A program made the translations under genes and the position numbers. DNA of 63,943 nt, filler included, from Squatina squatina (Eukaryota), in the NCBI GenBank assembly GCA_031763465.1. It is 4 parts of 4 records of this genome, joined end to end, with 100 filler letters (N's around TTAATTAATTAA, not from the genome) between each part and the next. Parts side by side here need not be neighbours in the genome. Positions count along the whole stretch, not along the records: positions 1 to 19,274 come from JARFOE010000016.1; 3 more parts are not named here. The stretch is one strand, 5' to 3'. Of the stretch, positions 1 to 14,060 are shown piece after piece; the stretch's first letter is position 1; every line of letters begins with the position of its first letter. Below the pieces are notes generated by a model. The model was not told the origin of the DNA. It saw only the letters and a list, made by a program, of their open reading frames with translations, and made no database searches.

Positions 1-373
1 TTATCTTTCGTTCCAGCAATAACTGCTGGATAGTAATTTGGAGCAAGAACCTTGACTGATCTCCCCCTCCGCCTTCCTCCCCACCCGTCTTTAGTTCAAG
101 GATGCTGACATCAATTGTGGCATTCTCACGACTGCCCAGATTGAGATAAGCTGACTTGGGACAGTCCAGCACTTGAACCTGGTCAAATGTTGCTCAGTAG
201 CACACTGTGTTAGTTTAGTTTTTACAATAATCTCATCTTTCAAATTATAGGCTTCATCTCACGTGTAAGAGTAATTTCAGTTTTTTAGGAACAAATAGCA
301 AAACTTGTGACAAACCTATTTTAAAAAGCACTTTCTGATTTTTTTTGTGTGTTTTTTTTTTCCATCGCTGCAG

Positions 374-481
374 ATTGTAATTATTCAGTTTGGTGGAAAA
401 CCTTTCAGTTGTATTCCTCTGCAAATAGACCAGTGGTTGTGGTGCATCGTTCTAGGAGTGGGAGAGTTGCTATGGGGACAG
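374..481 (+). CDS. ATP2B2: Plasma-membrane Ca2+-ATPase 2 (PMCA2), internal exon (last TM segments)
   Basis: cag|...|gtaatc, 108 bp, phase 0/0; [36 protein letters not shown] is typical PMCA TM9-TM10. Confidence 0.93.
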
Positions 482-1668
482 GTAATCATCTATTATGAAT
501 TCATAAAGAAGTAATAAAGCTCTGTCCATCTTTTCCACAGCTTCATGGTTGTCAATGCCATCGATGTCAGTGTAAAGTGGGGACTACAAATCTGGTATCT
601 GAATGGTCGCTTCAAAATGTTTTGTAGCACAACTAGTAAGCAGGCAATATAGCACTTGGGAGCAGATGCCTTTCAAAATGTGGGTAGAGTTCTGTAAAGA
701 GATCCAAATAAGAGCTGTGTTGTGCATTTTAGTAAGTGATCATGAAGGCTTGTTTAAAACCCCAAAAAATCAAACAATTGGGAACCCAACAATTATTTCC
801 ATTTTCCCCTGATTTAAAAAAACATTTTTTTTAAATCTATTCTTGTGTGTGGGAGACGTGTTAGGGACTCTGCTACCTAACTGTCATAACATGCTACCAA
901 TGCACAGTTTATAAAGTAAAGTCTGTACAGTTACAAAACTTTAAATGATATGTTGTTTCCATATAGATTTCATATCACTCGTACAACTGACCTGAAAATA
1001 ATGAGATTACACTACGATGCAGGTCAGGGGCAATAACACTACAATTTGCACCTTTGCTGCAAAAGGTGGAAGGTGGGACGCTGTAAATGAAAAGTTACAG
1101 AGGATTACTTGTTGTCTGTTGATGCTTAGACCCAAGTGATCTGTACAGCAGGGAATAACAAACCATAATCCTGTATGTTAAACAATAGTTCATCACCAGT
1201 TACTCTACGGCCCTGAAATTGTGATCGGAGGCTTCCTGCGCGTGGAGGCCTCCGTTGGCAAAAATATTTACGTGCTTACCTGACAATCCTCGATTCACGC
1301 AACCTTGTGNNNNNNNNNNNNNNNNNNNNNNNNNNNNNNNNNNNNNNNNNNNNNNNNNNNNNNNNNNNNNNNNNNNNNNNNNNNNNNNNNNNNNNNNNNN
1401 NNNNNNNNNATTTTCCTAGTTTTAGAAAAGGCATGTCTCAGCAGTTCAGTAGAACGAGCAGCCATGCAGTGGCTTTCTAAGCAAACGGTATTGGCCAAAG
1501 TTTGTGAGATACATCAGTTCTTTGCCAAACACCAAAGTGAAGTGTATTGCACCAGCAGGGTGTTCTTTGGGGTAATAGCATACAGTAGGCAGAAGCCTCC
1601 TGACCTATAGCTCCGTGGGGACCTGATTTTTTTTTTAAAGCCACTTACCTTTTCAGATCTTACATGGT

Positions 1669-1883
1669 TATGGTTACCAATTCTGGTTGGACATATGCCT
1701 GGAGGTTTTTCACATGCCTCCAACTGCCCCACCCAGTTAAACAGCCTTTTCCCCCGTCTTTAATACTTTAATAATAAATAAACAAAAGAAGCACACAATT
1801 TCTTTTTATTATCCCTATGATTTTTCTACTGTGTTGCTCACAGCAGTGTCCAGGAGATTAATTCTGGAGGGTTGGCAAACCTA
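1669..1883. mobile_element. hAT-type non-autonomous DNA transposon (MITE)
   Basis: Imperfect TIRs tatggttaccaa / ttggcaaaccta, flanked by near-identical 8-bp direct repeats tacatggt (1661-1668) and cacatggt (1884-1891). Confidence 0.7.
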
Positions 1884-2320
1884 CACATGGTATTGTTTAC
1901 TACCCCTTACAGCTCCTTTGTTTTGAGAGGCCAGGTGAGTTGCAAGGCCTAATGTCTACTTCTTATGGGCACCTGCCTAGCTTTACTGCAGGAAAATGAG
2001 ACGGGACATCCCATCACACATCTCTCATCTCACATGGCTTTTTTCCCTTGAGCTTAACTGCTCTGCCTCTTCAGGAGTTCCCCAGGAAATTACTGGGCTT
2101 TGTAAAATGGGTGGAGCCTCAGCACAAATAGTCTTTGCCCTTTTTTCCTGTACTTCATACCTGGGATCTGAGTGTTCACCAGTTGTAAAGGAGATGAAAA
2201 TCAGTCTTTAGATTGTTTGCTGTTTCCTCATAGATATTTTCTTGCCTTCACGATGAAACCAATTGGAAAATGCTCAGAAGGGAGAGATTAACAGTCCATG
2301 TCCATTTACCCATTTCTCAG

Positions 2321-2503
2321 GTAATATCCTCCATTCCAACCAATCGATTGAAGTTTTTGAAGGAGGCAGGACATGGAACTCAGAAGGATGACCTCCCAGA
2401 AGAGGAACTTAATGACGATGCTGAAGAAATTGATCATGCAGAGAGAGAACTTAGGCGTGGGCAGATTCTTTGGTTCAGAGGTCTGAACAGGATCCAAACT
2501 CAG
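2321..2503 (+). CDS. ATP2B2: PMCA2 exon ending in the first half of the calmodulin-binding domain
   Basis: ctcag|...|gtatgc, 183 bp; [17 protein letters not shown]...[19 protein letters not shown]. Confidence 0.96.
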
Positions 2504-3249
2504 GTATGCTCAATGCCATGTCAGTGCTAAGACTGCAAACATTTGCAAAAACATATCCTACTGTCGTATTCATCCTTATATTATAATAAATAGATACAGT
2601 ATCAGATAGGTCATTTCCTAATTTTTGTAGTAAATAGGTACAATGGGCCGAATGGCCTCCTTCATTCTGTGTTAAATAGTTGCTTTTTCATGCAGCTTTT
2701 AAAAAAAATTAATATAGATGTATTTGTCGAAACAGATTTACACAAGATAGATTAATGTTCCCCTTTCTGTTTTTGTTTTAAATGCCTGTGTAGCTTTATT
2801 CCAGCTGGTAGGAAGAATAGATTGGTTTCTCCACCTTGTGATTTTCCTGTGAGAAGCAGTTACCCGCACCCAGCACCTTCCTCTCATGGNNNNNNNNNNC
2901 ACAATATTACACAATATGCTCCTATCAAGCTACAGGATAGCAGATATAGGCAAGGAACACATTGGGATAACGATGGAGGGAACAGTAGTGTGCACTAAAA
3001 AAACCCATATGATAACAACAAGGAGCAGATTCTGTTACAGCAAGCAGAGAAATAAATAAGGAAACATTGCCACATTTGAGACCAACTTCCAGATAAATAT
3101 AACTAAAGGTACAGCCACTCACATTTGTTAACATTTGAAATAGACGACCATCTAGTTCAGTGATTTTTAAGCATATGGAATAAGCCATGATCTAATTCAA
3201 TGATGAAAGAAGCTGAAGCAGCAGAATGGTTCCCAGTGTTTAATTAGAA

Positions 3250-3390
3250 GAAATTTTCGCTCTTCCAGTATTGGATGTCGGACAAGCAGACAACACAGAG
3301 GCATTGGAGGGGTCAAGAGAGGTGGTGGTGAGGTAGAGCTGAGTGTTGTGAGTGTACATGAGGAATCTGGCATTTTTTTGGATGATGTTG
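3250..3390 (-). mobile_element. Degenerate L2-like LINE RT fragment
   Basis: Minus-strand MYTHNTQLYLTTTSLDPS resembles a decayed YADDTQLY RT motif region. Confidence 0.55.
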
Positions 3391-3394
3391 CTGA

Positions 3395-3926
3395 TAGCCA
3401 ACCTTATTGAATTATTTGAAGAAGTAACAAAAAGAGTAGGCAAGGGCAATGCAGTGGATGTGGCATTAATGGACTTTCAAAAGGCCTTCAATAAGGTGCC
3501 ACATAAGAGGTTTTGTGACAAAGATCAGAGCATGCTGAGTTATGGGCCTGGTAACAAAATGGATTGAAAGATGACTGGAAAACAGAAAACAGAGGGTAGG
3601 AGTTAAGGGAAGTTTCTCTGGTTGGCAGAAAGTGGGAAGTGGTGTCCCGCAGATATCTGTGCTACAACTACTGTGCCATATTTATAAATTATTTAGGCTC
3701 AGGAGGTATGGAGTTGAAATTTACAGATGACAACAAATTGGGGGAATATCTAATAATGCGGTAGACAGCACCAAAATACAGGAAGACATTAACAGGCTTG
3801 CATAGTGGGCGGATAAATGGAAAATTAAATTCAATATAGCAAAGTGTGAGCAGGTTCATTTTGATGGGAGGAAAAAGGAGGCCACTTATTCCTTGGAAGG
3901 CAAGGAACTAAATGGGGTAGAAGAAC
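3395..3926 (+). mobile_element. CR1 LINE ORF2 (RT) fragment, decayed
   Basis: NLIELFEEVTKRVGKGNAVDVALMDFQKAFNKVPHKR, then KFTDDNKLG (FADD-like); frameshifted. Confidence 0.88.
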
Positions 3927-4705
3927 NNNNNNNNNNNNNNNNNNNNNNNNNNNNNNNNNNNNNNNNNNNNNNNNNNNNNNNNNNNNNNNNNNNNNNNNNN
4001 NNNNNNNNNNNNNNNNNNNNNNNNNNTCAGTGCAATTTGTGTGCTTTCAAAAACTTATTGTCTGCTGGCAAATGAGACATTGCTTGGCCAATTTATCTTT
4101 AACATATTCAAATTTGAGCTTCATTTTACCAATAAAAAAAAAATTAAGTTCAGTGTTACTGCTCAGTAATCTTGGTTTCCTTTAAGTGCCTAGTCTGCCA
4201 TGAATAAATAATGACATGTGGCCACAATACTGAAATGAGTTTTACCAAGCTGTGTTGATTAAAGCATTACATTTTTGTCATATTATTTGTCAAAAACTTA
4301 CATACGTTTTACTAACTTTTAATAAGCTTAAACTTTTAGAGTTAAATTATTACACTGAAAGTGATAACGTTGATTATTCCTGTCTGGTTCAAGTAATTTA
4401 TGTGACAACTGAAAATATATATTGTTTTAATATTGTGCAGGAGAACATCGGCTCGTTGTCATTAAATTGGTCTAATTATTTAATCTGTACGCTTGTTTAA
4501 AAACTGCAAGGTGCAAGACATTTCCATGTTGGCTAACTTTGGGTTTTTATTGATTAGTAAGAGTGCATTTATTTAAACTTATCATTATTTTACTGCAAAA
4601 TTATAAATTTTTGCTAATTGTATGTTTGTGTATTGGAGGTTCCCTAGCGCATTAATCTTGTATCTCCATCTTGAGCAAACTTTTTCATTCTCTCCTCCAT
4701 TGCAG

Positions 4706-4854
4706 ATCGAAGTAGTGAATACATTCAAGAGTGGCACTTCCTTTCAGGGGGCTCTAAGGCGGCAGTCATCCGTTACCAGCCAAAATCAAGATGTAACCAA
4801 TATTTCTAGCCCTACTCACGTATCGTTATCTACTCCCAATGCTCTTTCCTCTCC
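4706..4854 (+). CDS. ATP2B2: PMCA2 alternative splice-site-C exon (a-type), 3' end lost in gap
   Basis: ttgcag| IEVVNTFKSGTSFQGALRRQSSVTSQNQDVTNISSPTHVSLSTPNALSS matches the PMCA2a insert. Confidence 0.93.
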
Positions 4855-6849
4855 NNNNNNNNNNNNNNNNNNNNNNNNNNNNNNNNNNNNNNNNNNNNNN
4901 NNNNNNNNNNNNNNNNNNNNNNNNNNNNNNNNNNNNNNNNNNNNNNNNNNNNNNNNNNNNNNNNNNNNNNNNNNNNNNNNNNNNNNNNNNNNNNNNNNNN
5001 NNNNNNNNNNNNNNNNNNNNNNNNNNNNNNNNNNNNNNNNNNNNNNNNNNNNNNNNNNNNNNNNNNNNAGGGTCCAGCAGGAGGGAGTGAAATAAAGGTT
5101 GTGAGTCTGACCCGAGCCTGCAATGAATGTGAACTGCTTGGGCCTATGAGTCTAGATATTAGGCTTAAAAAGTGTGTGTAAACTTTCGAGTATAAGCCCA
5201 AAGAATGCCAAAAAACTTTTAATTTTACAGTGTGTCATCTGAACTATACGTAGTCTCTTGTTTTTTTTTCCCCCTCATGTGGCGACTGAGACCAGGCAAA
5301 CCCAAGAGCAAGACGATGAGCTTGATTTACTTAAACTATTTTTCCTTCCTTGCAAAATCTTAGACAAAGCCATTGTGGTATTCATTGCCAAGGACACTCC
5401 TGAGCCTCGCCTCATTTTCTGGGTGACTGAGAAGCAGAAGACAAGATGGCCCTGGAGAATAAGACCACCACATGAGAGTGTCATGAAGTCTTGTCCCAAA
5501 GTCTTTTGTCAAATTGCAGTACATTTTCTTGTTGTTCGTTTTTTTGTTCTGCCACAAAAAAGATTTTGCTCATTTTTGTCCTGCCTGTGCATTGTCAGTC
5601 GTTTTTCTTATATTCTATGTCCAGGGACACTGCCTAGTTTGTAATTTGCCATGACTACCTGGGCAGTTGTTTCCACATGGTTCCTCCACAGTCATCATCT
5701 AACGTGTTGGAAATATTTTGATATGACTAATTCTGAGTAAAGTGGCAACAGCTGATTATAAATTCTCACATTTTAGCCAAAATCTGAGGTTTGATATTCC
5801 ACACAATATTTATGTACAACAGAAACAATGGTTTTGTTTTTCTGAATGTTTGCAGATCTATGAAATGATGTGCTTCTGGCAAATTTCAGCGCATTGTCCA
5901 CGGTTTGTAAGGTTTCAGGCAGGAAACCATTCCTTCACAAAGGCTGGTCGCACTCGATTTAGAACTCTGAGCCCAAAAGACCCATCGCTCAAGTATGAAA
6001 TAGGCTGCAGCTGACATTCATAGACATTCCAACTTGGCTACGTTGAATGGGTTGGACTTTTACCAGTTCTTGGCTAGGCTGCTAGATGGAGCCCTTTGCT
6101 GTAGTGCAGGCCTCAGTGTTCAGGGCAGGAAGGAAAACCTGGCAAGGAGGATCACACACCCCTTACAGGATCTGCCTTAATTTGAATTGAAGAAAAATCA
6201 GCCGGTTTCTGTTACCGCCACATAATCCACCCCGCCAGATGTTCGTTTCTACCCTCCGCCCAGGCCGTGCTTAACACACAGGTGGTAAAGAGCAAAATCT
6301 ACCCTGAAGTGTGTAGGGACCCTAGAGTTGGGTGAAGGTGATATCAGCCAGCTTCCTACAGCTAAAAGCTGCGTAGTTATCCTTATTGGAAATGTGTGGG
6401 TGTGAATATCGGATGAGGACAGAATTGGGCTCAGCTCTGATGCCTTCCACAGCTGAATATCCTGCCAACGCTCGCTGTTAAGGTTCCCACTTAAGTAATG
6501 GACACATTGGTGTGGCACTGAAGAATGGCTGGCATCTGTAAACTGTAACTCAATGAGGGATTCCTTGCTGTCAGCAGAGGAGGGAGTCGAAAGATTGACA
6601 AACAAATTGAACAGAATTTTAAAATCTGATGTTGCAACTATGCCTGTCTCCACCAGGTGGGGCTCTCCACCATGGAGAATAAAGCTGCTGTGACTGCAGC
6701 GGAACCCTGCGACCGTTAGCCTGAAGGCATCTAAAATTAGCTGCTAACCTGGAGAAAACCAGACCAAAAAACAAAGAAAAGCAGAAGTTCGTGGAAATAT
6801 GTTTAAAGTCAAAATATAAAACGTAACACAGGTTTGGGACTGTTTGTGT

Positions 6850-7300
6850 CAGCCTTCGCCCAGTGTTCAACTCTTGCCTCGAAGTCAGAAGGTTGTGGGT
6901 TCAAACCTCTTTCTAAAGACTCGAGCCCATGATCTTGGCAGCTACTTCACTGAGGGAGTGCTGCACTGCCGGAAGTGCCAAATTTCGGATGAGACATTAA
7001 ACCAAGGTCTCATCTGCCCTCTCAGGTAGATATAAAAGATCCCACGGCACAATTTCGAAGAGCTGGGGAGTTCGCCCTGGTGTCCTGGCCAATATTCATC
7101 CCTCAATCATCAACACTAAAAGCAGATTCTCTGGTCATTATTTAATTGCTGTTTGTGGGAGCTTGCTGTGCGCAAATTGGCTGCCTGTTTCCTACATTCC
7201 AACAGTGACCACACTACAAAAAGTACTTCATTAGTTGTGAAGCGCTTTGGGAGGTCCTGAGGTTGTGAAAGGCGCTATAGAAATGCAAGTTCTTTCTTTC
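6850..7300 (+). mobile_element. tRNA-derived Deu-domain SINE (SacSINE1-like)
   Basis: B-box-like gggttcaaacc, central actgagggagtgctgcact...aaagatcccacggcac, tail aggcgctatagaaatgcaag; further copies in the window. Confidence 0.8.
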
Positions 7301-8932
7301 TTAAATTGTTCACTGGAATTTACATAGGATTCCTACCAGATCTCCTGTCACTGCAGAATTAATCCAGAAAGAATCAGCTTCTGGATGGTTGGATTGGAGA
7401 GATATTTGCAGGGCTCTGGGGAAAGAGCAGGGCAGTGGGACTAATTNNNNNNNNNNNNNNNNNNNNNNNNNNNNNNNNNNNNNNNNNNNNNNNNNNNNNN
7501 NNNNNNNNNNNNNNNNNNNNNNNNNNNNNNNNNNNNNNNNNNNNNNGGTTGATTTAATGACAGAGATGCAGGAGATGTAAACTCCCGGTACGCTTGACTA
7601 GATACGGGGAGTTAATCACCTGCCTCCAAGGCTGGATCTGAGAAGGAACAGTTAGAATAACACAGAACTGTTAGTTCCCGCCCACAGACTGAGTATGTGT
7701 CAGCTCAGAACTTGTTATAAATATACACTGCAGACTTTGTATTTTTGAGATTGGCTCTTGCACTATTCAAAGCCTCTTCTCCTTGAATTGCTTGAATAAA
7801 CCTTTGTCTTACGGAACTTTGCAAGCTCGAGTGGCGATTGTTGAAGTGCAAATAGACACACCACAACACACCTTTAAATCCCACTGTCACTACATTTGCT
7901 CATTTGCATATCTATTGGTGGAAGCATTGGTGTAAAATTGGTGTGAAACCTGTGCAAGCAACTGAACCAAAACAAAACATCTGTGTTGTCTTTTAAATTC
8001 AAATTTCTGCTTCAGCGTTCTTCTGTATTACTGGATGAACTTGGTGTATCTTTGTACTGTGACTAAACCAGCCTGCAGCCAACCAAAACTGTGGGGCACA
8101 TTCTAATACAGCAAATTTTGAGATTTTTCTCAATAATGTAGGTAGTGCTTAAATTCTAAATAGCACTGTAGATTCAAATTTAACCTGATCAGCACAACAG
8201 ACCTTAACCTCAACATTGGTAACAGAAACATAATGAGCAAACTACTGACCTAAAGTAACCTTGCGTTTCATAATCAAGGTACTTTTTATATTTATCTGCA
8301 TCTTTTCCCCCAAAGTAAATAAACCCTATAGCTTGTGACATGTTAATGGGACGGTGTTTGAACCAGCCCTTTCATTGAAATCTGCAGCGAGCTATAATTA
8401 CATTTTGGCCTTCAGTTGAAACTGTCCAACTCTGCAGCCAGGAGTTGATTCCAGACTGTCAAATTAACATACCACAAGGTAGTCTTTATCTTTTTGGAAA
8501 AGACTGGAATAAGGAAGGATTGTTTTGAGAAATCTTAACCTGTTACATTCCTAACATCAACAAAAGTCCAAAAATGGCCTAATGGAGATCAGAGATAGAA
8601 CACTGGGCCTATACTCGAACGTTTACCCCAATGTGCATGGGATTATGCTTGTTAATGTTTCACATTAACCAGGCTTCTGAATATGGCTGTCTCTATGTGC
8701 CAGATTTTTCCATCTACATTTGTCCTCCGTATTCTGTGGCATGATGTATATTTCTGGTGAGTCTAGCGATGTGCTTCCTGGCTGCTCCCATCGACATCAG
8801 CAAAACATCATTTCATCGTCCATTTTCCTGTTGTCAGCTCCCCTCATTCTGTTCAGTGTTCAACTTGTAATGAGCTGTCACTTTAATTGTGTAACCATGT
8901 AGTCTATGTTTTAATATGTTGGTCATACTGAA

Positions 8933-8961
8933 TATATAAATATATATATATATATATATAT
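8933..8961. repeat. (TA)n microsatellite
   Basis: Run of tatatata. Confidence 0.85.
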
Positions 8962-9359
8962 CTTAAAAATAAGATGTAAATAAATCTACTTTTCACTTTT
9001 TACCCTTTTACCTACTGCAAGACTTTCTCACATGCATGGATAGACATTGCATTAAATTTTCAAGTAACAAAATAACATGGCTTTTACTAGGTTATAGCAC
9101 ATTGGATCTTTGCTTATTTAACCAATGCTTTCCATGAGTTCTACAATTGCCTTTTTTCCAGTTTTATTGCAGTTCTCACCGACCCCACTATGCACGAAAC
9201 TGAGTCACTTGTGTATGCTTATAAAGTCCAGTGACTATGGACCTCGGCTCACCGCATTGCCTTAAACACATTCTGCCTCTTCATTGTTTTTAGAATTTCC
9301 CTACTGTTGCTGTCACTGGAGTCAACTGTTTACCTTTGCCCTCTCTTTTTCTATTCTAG

Positions 9360-9778
<419 letters not shown>

Positions 9779-12700
9779 CTGACCATTTCTGTGCAAAAAC
9801 AGAACAAACAAAAAAACCTGCTGGCTGATAAACTGTTCTGATCGTGCTCTTCTATGCTCTGTAGCAAGAAGGGAAATTGCTGGAAGGGTGATTTCTTGTT
9901 TGGCTGACCCTCCTCGAGGTAGAGATCCTGCATGAATGTACGTTTCCCAAATTTCACTGGAAGGACCACAACTGAGTGCATCTAAGGCAATGTATCCAAT
10001 CCACTGGTCTGTGACTTTTGAAGTGCTTGTGTGGCATGGACTTAATTGTATAGATTAATTTAAAACAAACTTTATTTTGGAAAAGTCCCAGAACATACCC
10101 AAACATTTTGTAGCCACAATTCCTCAATTTATAAGTTTATGTTGAATAAAATAACTGACTAATGTGGGAAAGCATGGCATGTCCTTTATCTTGTATCGTT
10201 ACATAGAGATAATTGTACTGTTTGATATTAAGTGAGTCCGATCATAACTTCCATTCTGTATAGTCAGCTTACTGTTGAATAAAGCAGGATTAAGAGCAGA
10301 GGCCACAAGGATTACTTAATGGTAAATTCAACACTTATACCAAAAGTACAGTCCCACCTAGCTGATGTGGCGAACACTCATTGTTCTCGGTTGTCCTCTA
10401 CCCAGAGCATTGCAACCAGAGCTAAAAATTCATATCAATCAAAATTGTGTAATCTGGGTTTTGGTGGAGAATTGATTTGGTTTTTCCTATTTTTGTCTGA
10501 TTTTTGAAACTTTAGATGTTGATGGAAAACTGGCAAAGGGTCTTCAAACAGAGCTAGCCANNNNNNNNNNNNNNNNNNNNNNNNNNNNNNNNNNNNNNNN
10601 NNNNNNNNNNNNNNNNNNNNNNNNNNNNNNNNNNNNNNNNNNNNNNNNNNNNNNNNNNNNNNNNNNNNNNNNNNNNNNNNNNNNNNNNNNNNNNNNNNNN
10701 NNNNNNNNNNNNNNNNNNNNNNNNNNNNNNNNNNNNNNNNNNNNNNNNNNNNNNNNNNNNNNNNNNNNNNNNNNNNNNNNNNNNNNNNNNNNNNNNNNNN
10801 NNNNNNNNNNNNNNNNNNNNNNNNNNNNNNNNNNNNNNNNNNNNNNNNNNNNNNNNNNNNNNNNNNNNNNNNNNNNNNNNNNNNNNGGGCTGAAAAAAAA
10901 AGCAAAACAATCTGGGTTGCTTTGTTTTTTTTTAATTTGATTTTTTTTTAACAATCTTCATATTCTGCACTCTCCAAATACGAATCAAACTTTCTGTGAT
11001 GTATTTAGATGTGCTTTGTGTGGTTTTATCAAGCTTGTCTTCCTGCAGACACCTACTAAAACACATTGTAGCATCTCAGCAGTATTGTTCAAATCTACTT
11101 AACTGTGCTTTCCTAAGGGGAAGCCATTAAAAGCTTGTCACAAGGGTGAGACAAAAGCGCTTCAAGATGGTAACAGCCCTATGTATTTTTTATCCGGGGA
11201 TTGAGGCTAAATATCTATGAAGCAGTGAGCATGAAGCAATCTCTGCATCATGGACAGTGAAAAAACTTTTTTTTAAACTTTCATTTTGATTCTACGACCT
11301 GTAGAAGTTCCAGTTGGATAGATTAAACTTTTAAGAACTGTCTGTGCCCTGCTAAAGAGGAACATGCCTTTTAGTTCTGAGTTCAGGCATCTCTGAATTT
11401 GCCAGTAAATCCTGTGTATATAGTAACACATTTAAAGTAAGATACATTTAAAGGTAAGATGCATATAAATCTGGGCTTCTGTGGGCATGTATGTATGACG
11501 NNNNNNNNNNNNNNNNNNNNNNNNNNNNNNNNNNNNNNNNNNNNNNNNNNNNNNNNNNNNNNNNNNNNNNNNNNNNNNNNNNNNNNNNNNNNNNNNNNNN
11601 NNNNNNNNNNNNNNNNNNNNNNNNNNNNNNNNNNNNNNNNNNNNNNNNNNNNNNNNNNNNNNNNNNNNNNNNNNNNNNNNNNNNNNNNNNNNNNNNNNNN
11701 NNNNNNNNNNNNNNNNNNNNNNNNNNNNNNNNNNNNNNNNNNNNNNNNNNNNNNNNNNNNNNNNNNNNNNNNNNNNNNNNNNNNNNNNNNNNNNNNNNNN
11801 NNNNNNNNNNNNNNNNNNNNNNNNNNNNNNNNNNNNNNNNNNNNNNNNNNNNNNNNNNNNNNNNNNNNNNNNNNNNNNNNNNNNNNNNNNNNNTATTCTC
11901 ATATTCTTACAAGTGTGTTGCTGGAATGTTTGTGGTTTAAGAAGTCAGTAAACCATGTGATGTAAATGATTTTATAGTTTGAAAACCATGAACGGGCTCT
12001 TGCTGCTTACTGTCAAATGATTAGATTATCTCGTGGCAGGAGCACAAGTGAAAACAAAACAAAAAAAATTTAATAAATTCACAGAGCAGCATGAATCATA
12101 CATGTCTTCACGTCACCATCCTTGCTTTGTGTCTTCTCTTCAAATATAGGGTGAGTATCATAACCAGCTTTATTAACCTAATTGGGGAATTAACTGTTCG
12201 AGTGCTGCTGGTACATGTTACTAACAGGGTTGATAGTATCTGAAGCAATGCAAGCTCCATAAATGTTTACAGCACAGAAGGAAGCCATGCATTTTGCCTT
12301 CCTGTTCTTATCACCCAGAAGGTAAATGTGTTGATATACAGTGTTCATATTTAAGAGATTATCAGAATACATATTTTTGAAGCAGCAATTTGATGACGCA
12401 ATGAAAAAGCACATATATCACACTTTACTGACTGCATGTTTGAATCCTGTTTAAACCAGGTTTAACCCAGCTGAATGGCAGGAGGTTCCACTGATGTTAA
12501 ACTAACAACTCCGGCAACAAGAGGAATTTCTTGCTGGCTAGCTGGCAACTGCATTGTTGTGGGACAATTAGCTTTAGAGTATTTGCCCCCAGTATTGACT
12601 AGGACAGGATTTCTGTGCGGGGCGGAGGAATTTTGTTTCGGAAATCCGGAAGATTGACAGGCTTGGCTGCATGCCTGATGGGGAACGGTTTGGAGGAGGC

Positions 12701-13888
12701 CACAGGAGCTGGTAGAGCGCCTGCAGCTGAGTTAGTGGAAGGGGGCATTGCTTGCTTTTCCAGGTGTGGGGTGATGGCGGGCAGGGAAGAAGGTAAGCTT
12801 GGGGGGCTGGAGGGAAGCACTCCTACTCCTGCTGCCCCACAAGCAGTGCTGCAAAAGCACTTACCTTTTCCACAGAGCAGTCCTCACCACCTTTTAACTG
12901 CCGGGTTTCCAGAGGCCCGGGTAAACTGGCCAACCAGGGTTTAACCTGGAAGACACTTAAATGTGAGGCATGCAGCTTTATCAAAATATTTAAATGACCA
13001 ACCCATCTCCTGGGAGCGGGTTGGTTGCCTGCATCCCCCCCGCAATTTGGCTTCCTTTAAAACTGGAAGTGGGCAGGTTGGGTTTGGGTTTGAAATTTTT
13101 AAAATTTTCACCGCACCTGTTTTTGGGTGTTAAAATTCCATGCTTTGTGTGAGGATTTAACAGTGGAAATGAAAGCCATCTTCCACAGGGATAGTAATAA
13201 TGTGACACCCTTGAGACAACTTTGGATAATTCACTTGTGAGATTGCCATAAATTATCGGGTCAGCTTCACTTGAGAAGAAATTAATGAAACGTGATGACT
13301 TAGGAGGGTTGATTTTTGTTTCCAGTGTAAACATCTGCTCCTCCCACCCAATAATGTTGGGGTGAGGCCCAATTCATCTTCATGGTCGGTCATCATTATC
13401 ATTGAAGAGGTGATCTATCAGTGCTAATAACTCTGCTTACAGACAGCTCGCCAGGTAGGGGAATCTCGTAGGTTTTGCAGCAGTGCCTGTAGGGTAGGGT
13501 CCATAGATTATCTTATTTCAGCATTGTTGAAATTTGAAGANNNNNNNNNNNNNNNNNNNNNNNNNNNNNNNNNNNNNNNNNNNNNNNNNNNNNNNNNNNN
13601 NNNNNNNNNNNNNNNNNNNNNNNNNNNNNNNNNNNNNNNNACTTCTATTTTGCAATTTTTATATGCTTATCAAAATTGACAGATGTGTGGTATGAGGCAT
13701 AGTTGTCATAGAATCATAGAAATTACAGCACAGAAGGATTGTGCAATTTGATGGTCATACACTCAGTATAAAAATGTAGGAAAGAGAGTTGAAGGAGACT
13801 GCTTTTAATGCATCATTTTAAACCAGGAAAATGTACAAATTATGTTGCAGGTTTGAAACAAAAATTAAAAGTTGTTTTCTTTTAACAG

Positions 13889-14060
13889 CAACTGGATCAA
13901 TGGATTCCTGTGTCATGATCTGGAATTTGAAACCACAGATGAGGGCCTATCGATTTGTAGGTCACAAAGATGCAGTCCTCTCAGTCCAGTTCTCGCCCTC
14001 TGGTCACTTAGTGGCTTCTGCGTCCCGAGATAAAACAGTCCGCCTCTGGGTTCCCAGTGT
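13889..14060 (+). CDS. POC1A: POC1 centriolar protein A, WD40 exon
   Basis: aacag|...|gtaagg, 172 bp; [29 protein letters not shown]...[13 protein letters not shown]; SMDSC fits POC1A rather than POC1B. Confidence 0.92.

Noticed and set aside
6885-6915. tRNA gene (B-box-like gggttcaaacc)
   Set aside because: It is the head of a SINE; no cloverleaf can be formed
9779-13800. Ghrelin or another peptide gene near ATP2B2
   Set aside because: No GSSFL-type motif or signal-peptide exon seen; the region looks like 3' UTR plus repeats
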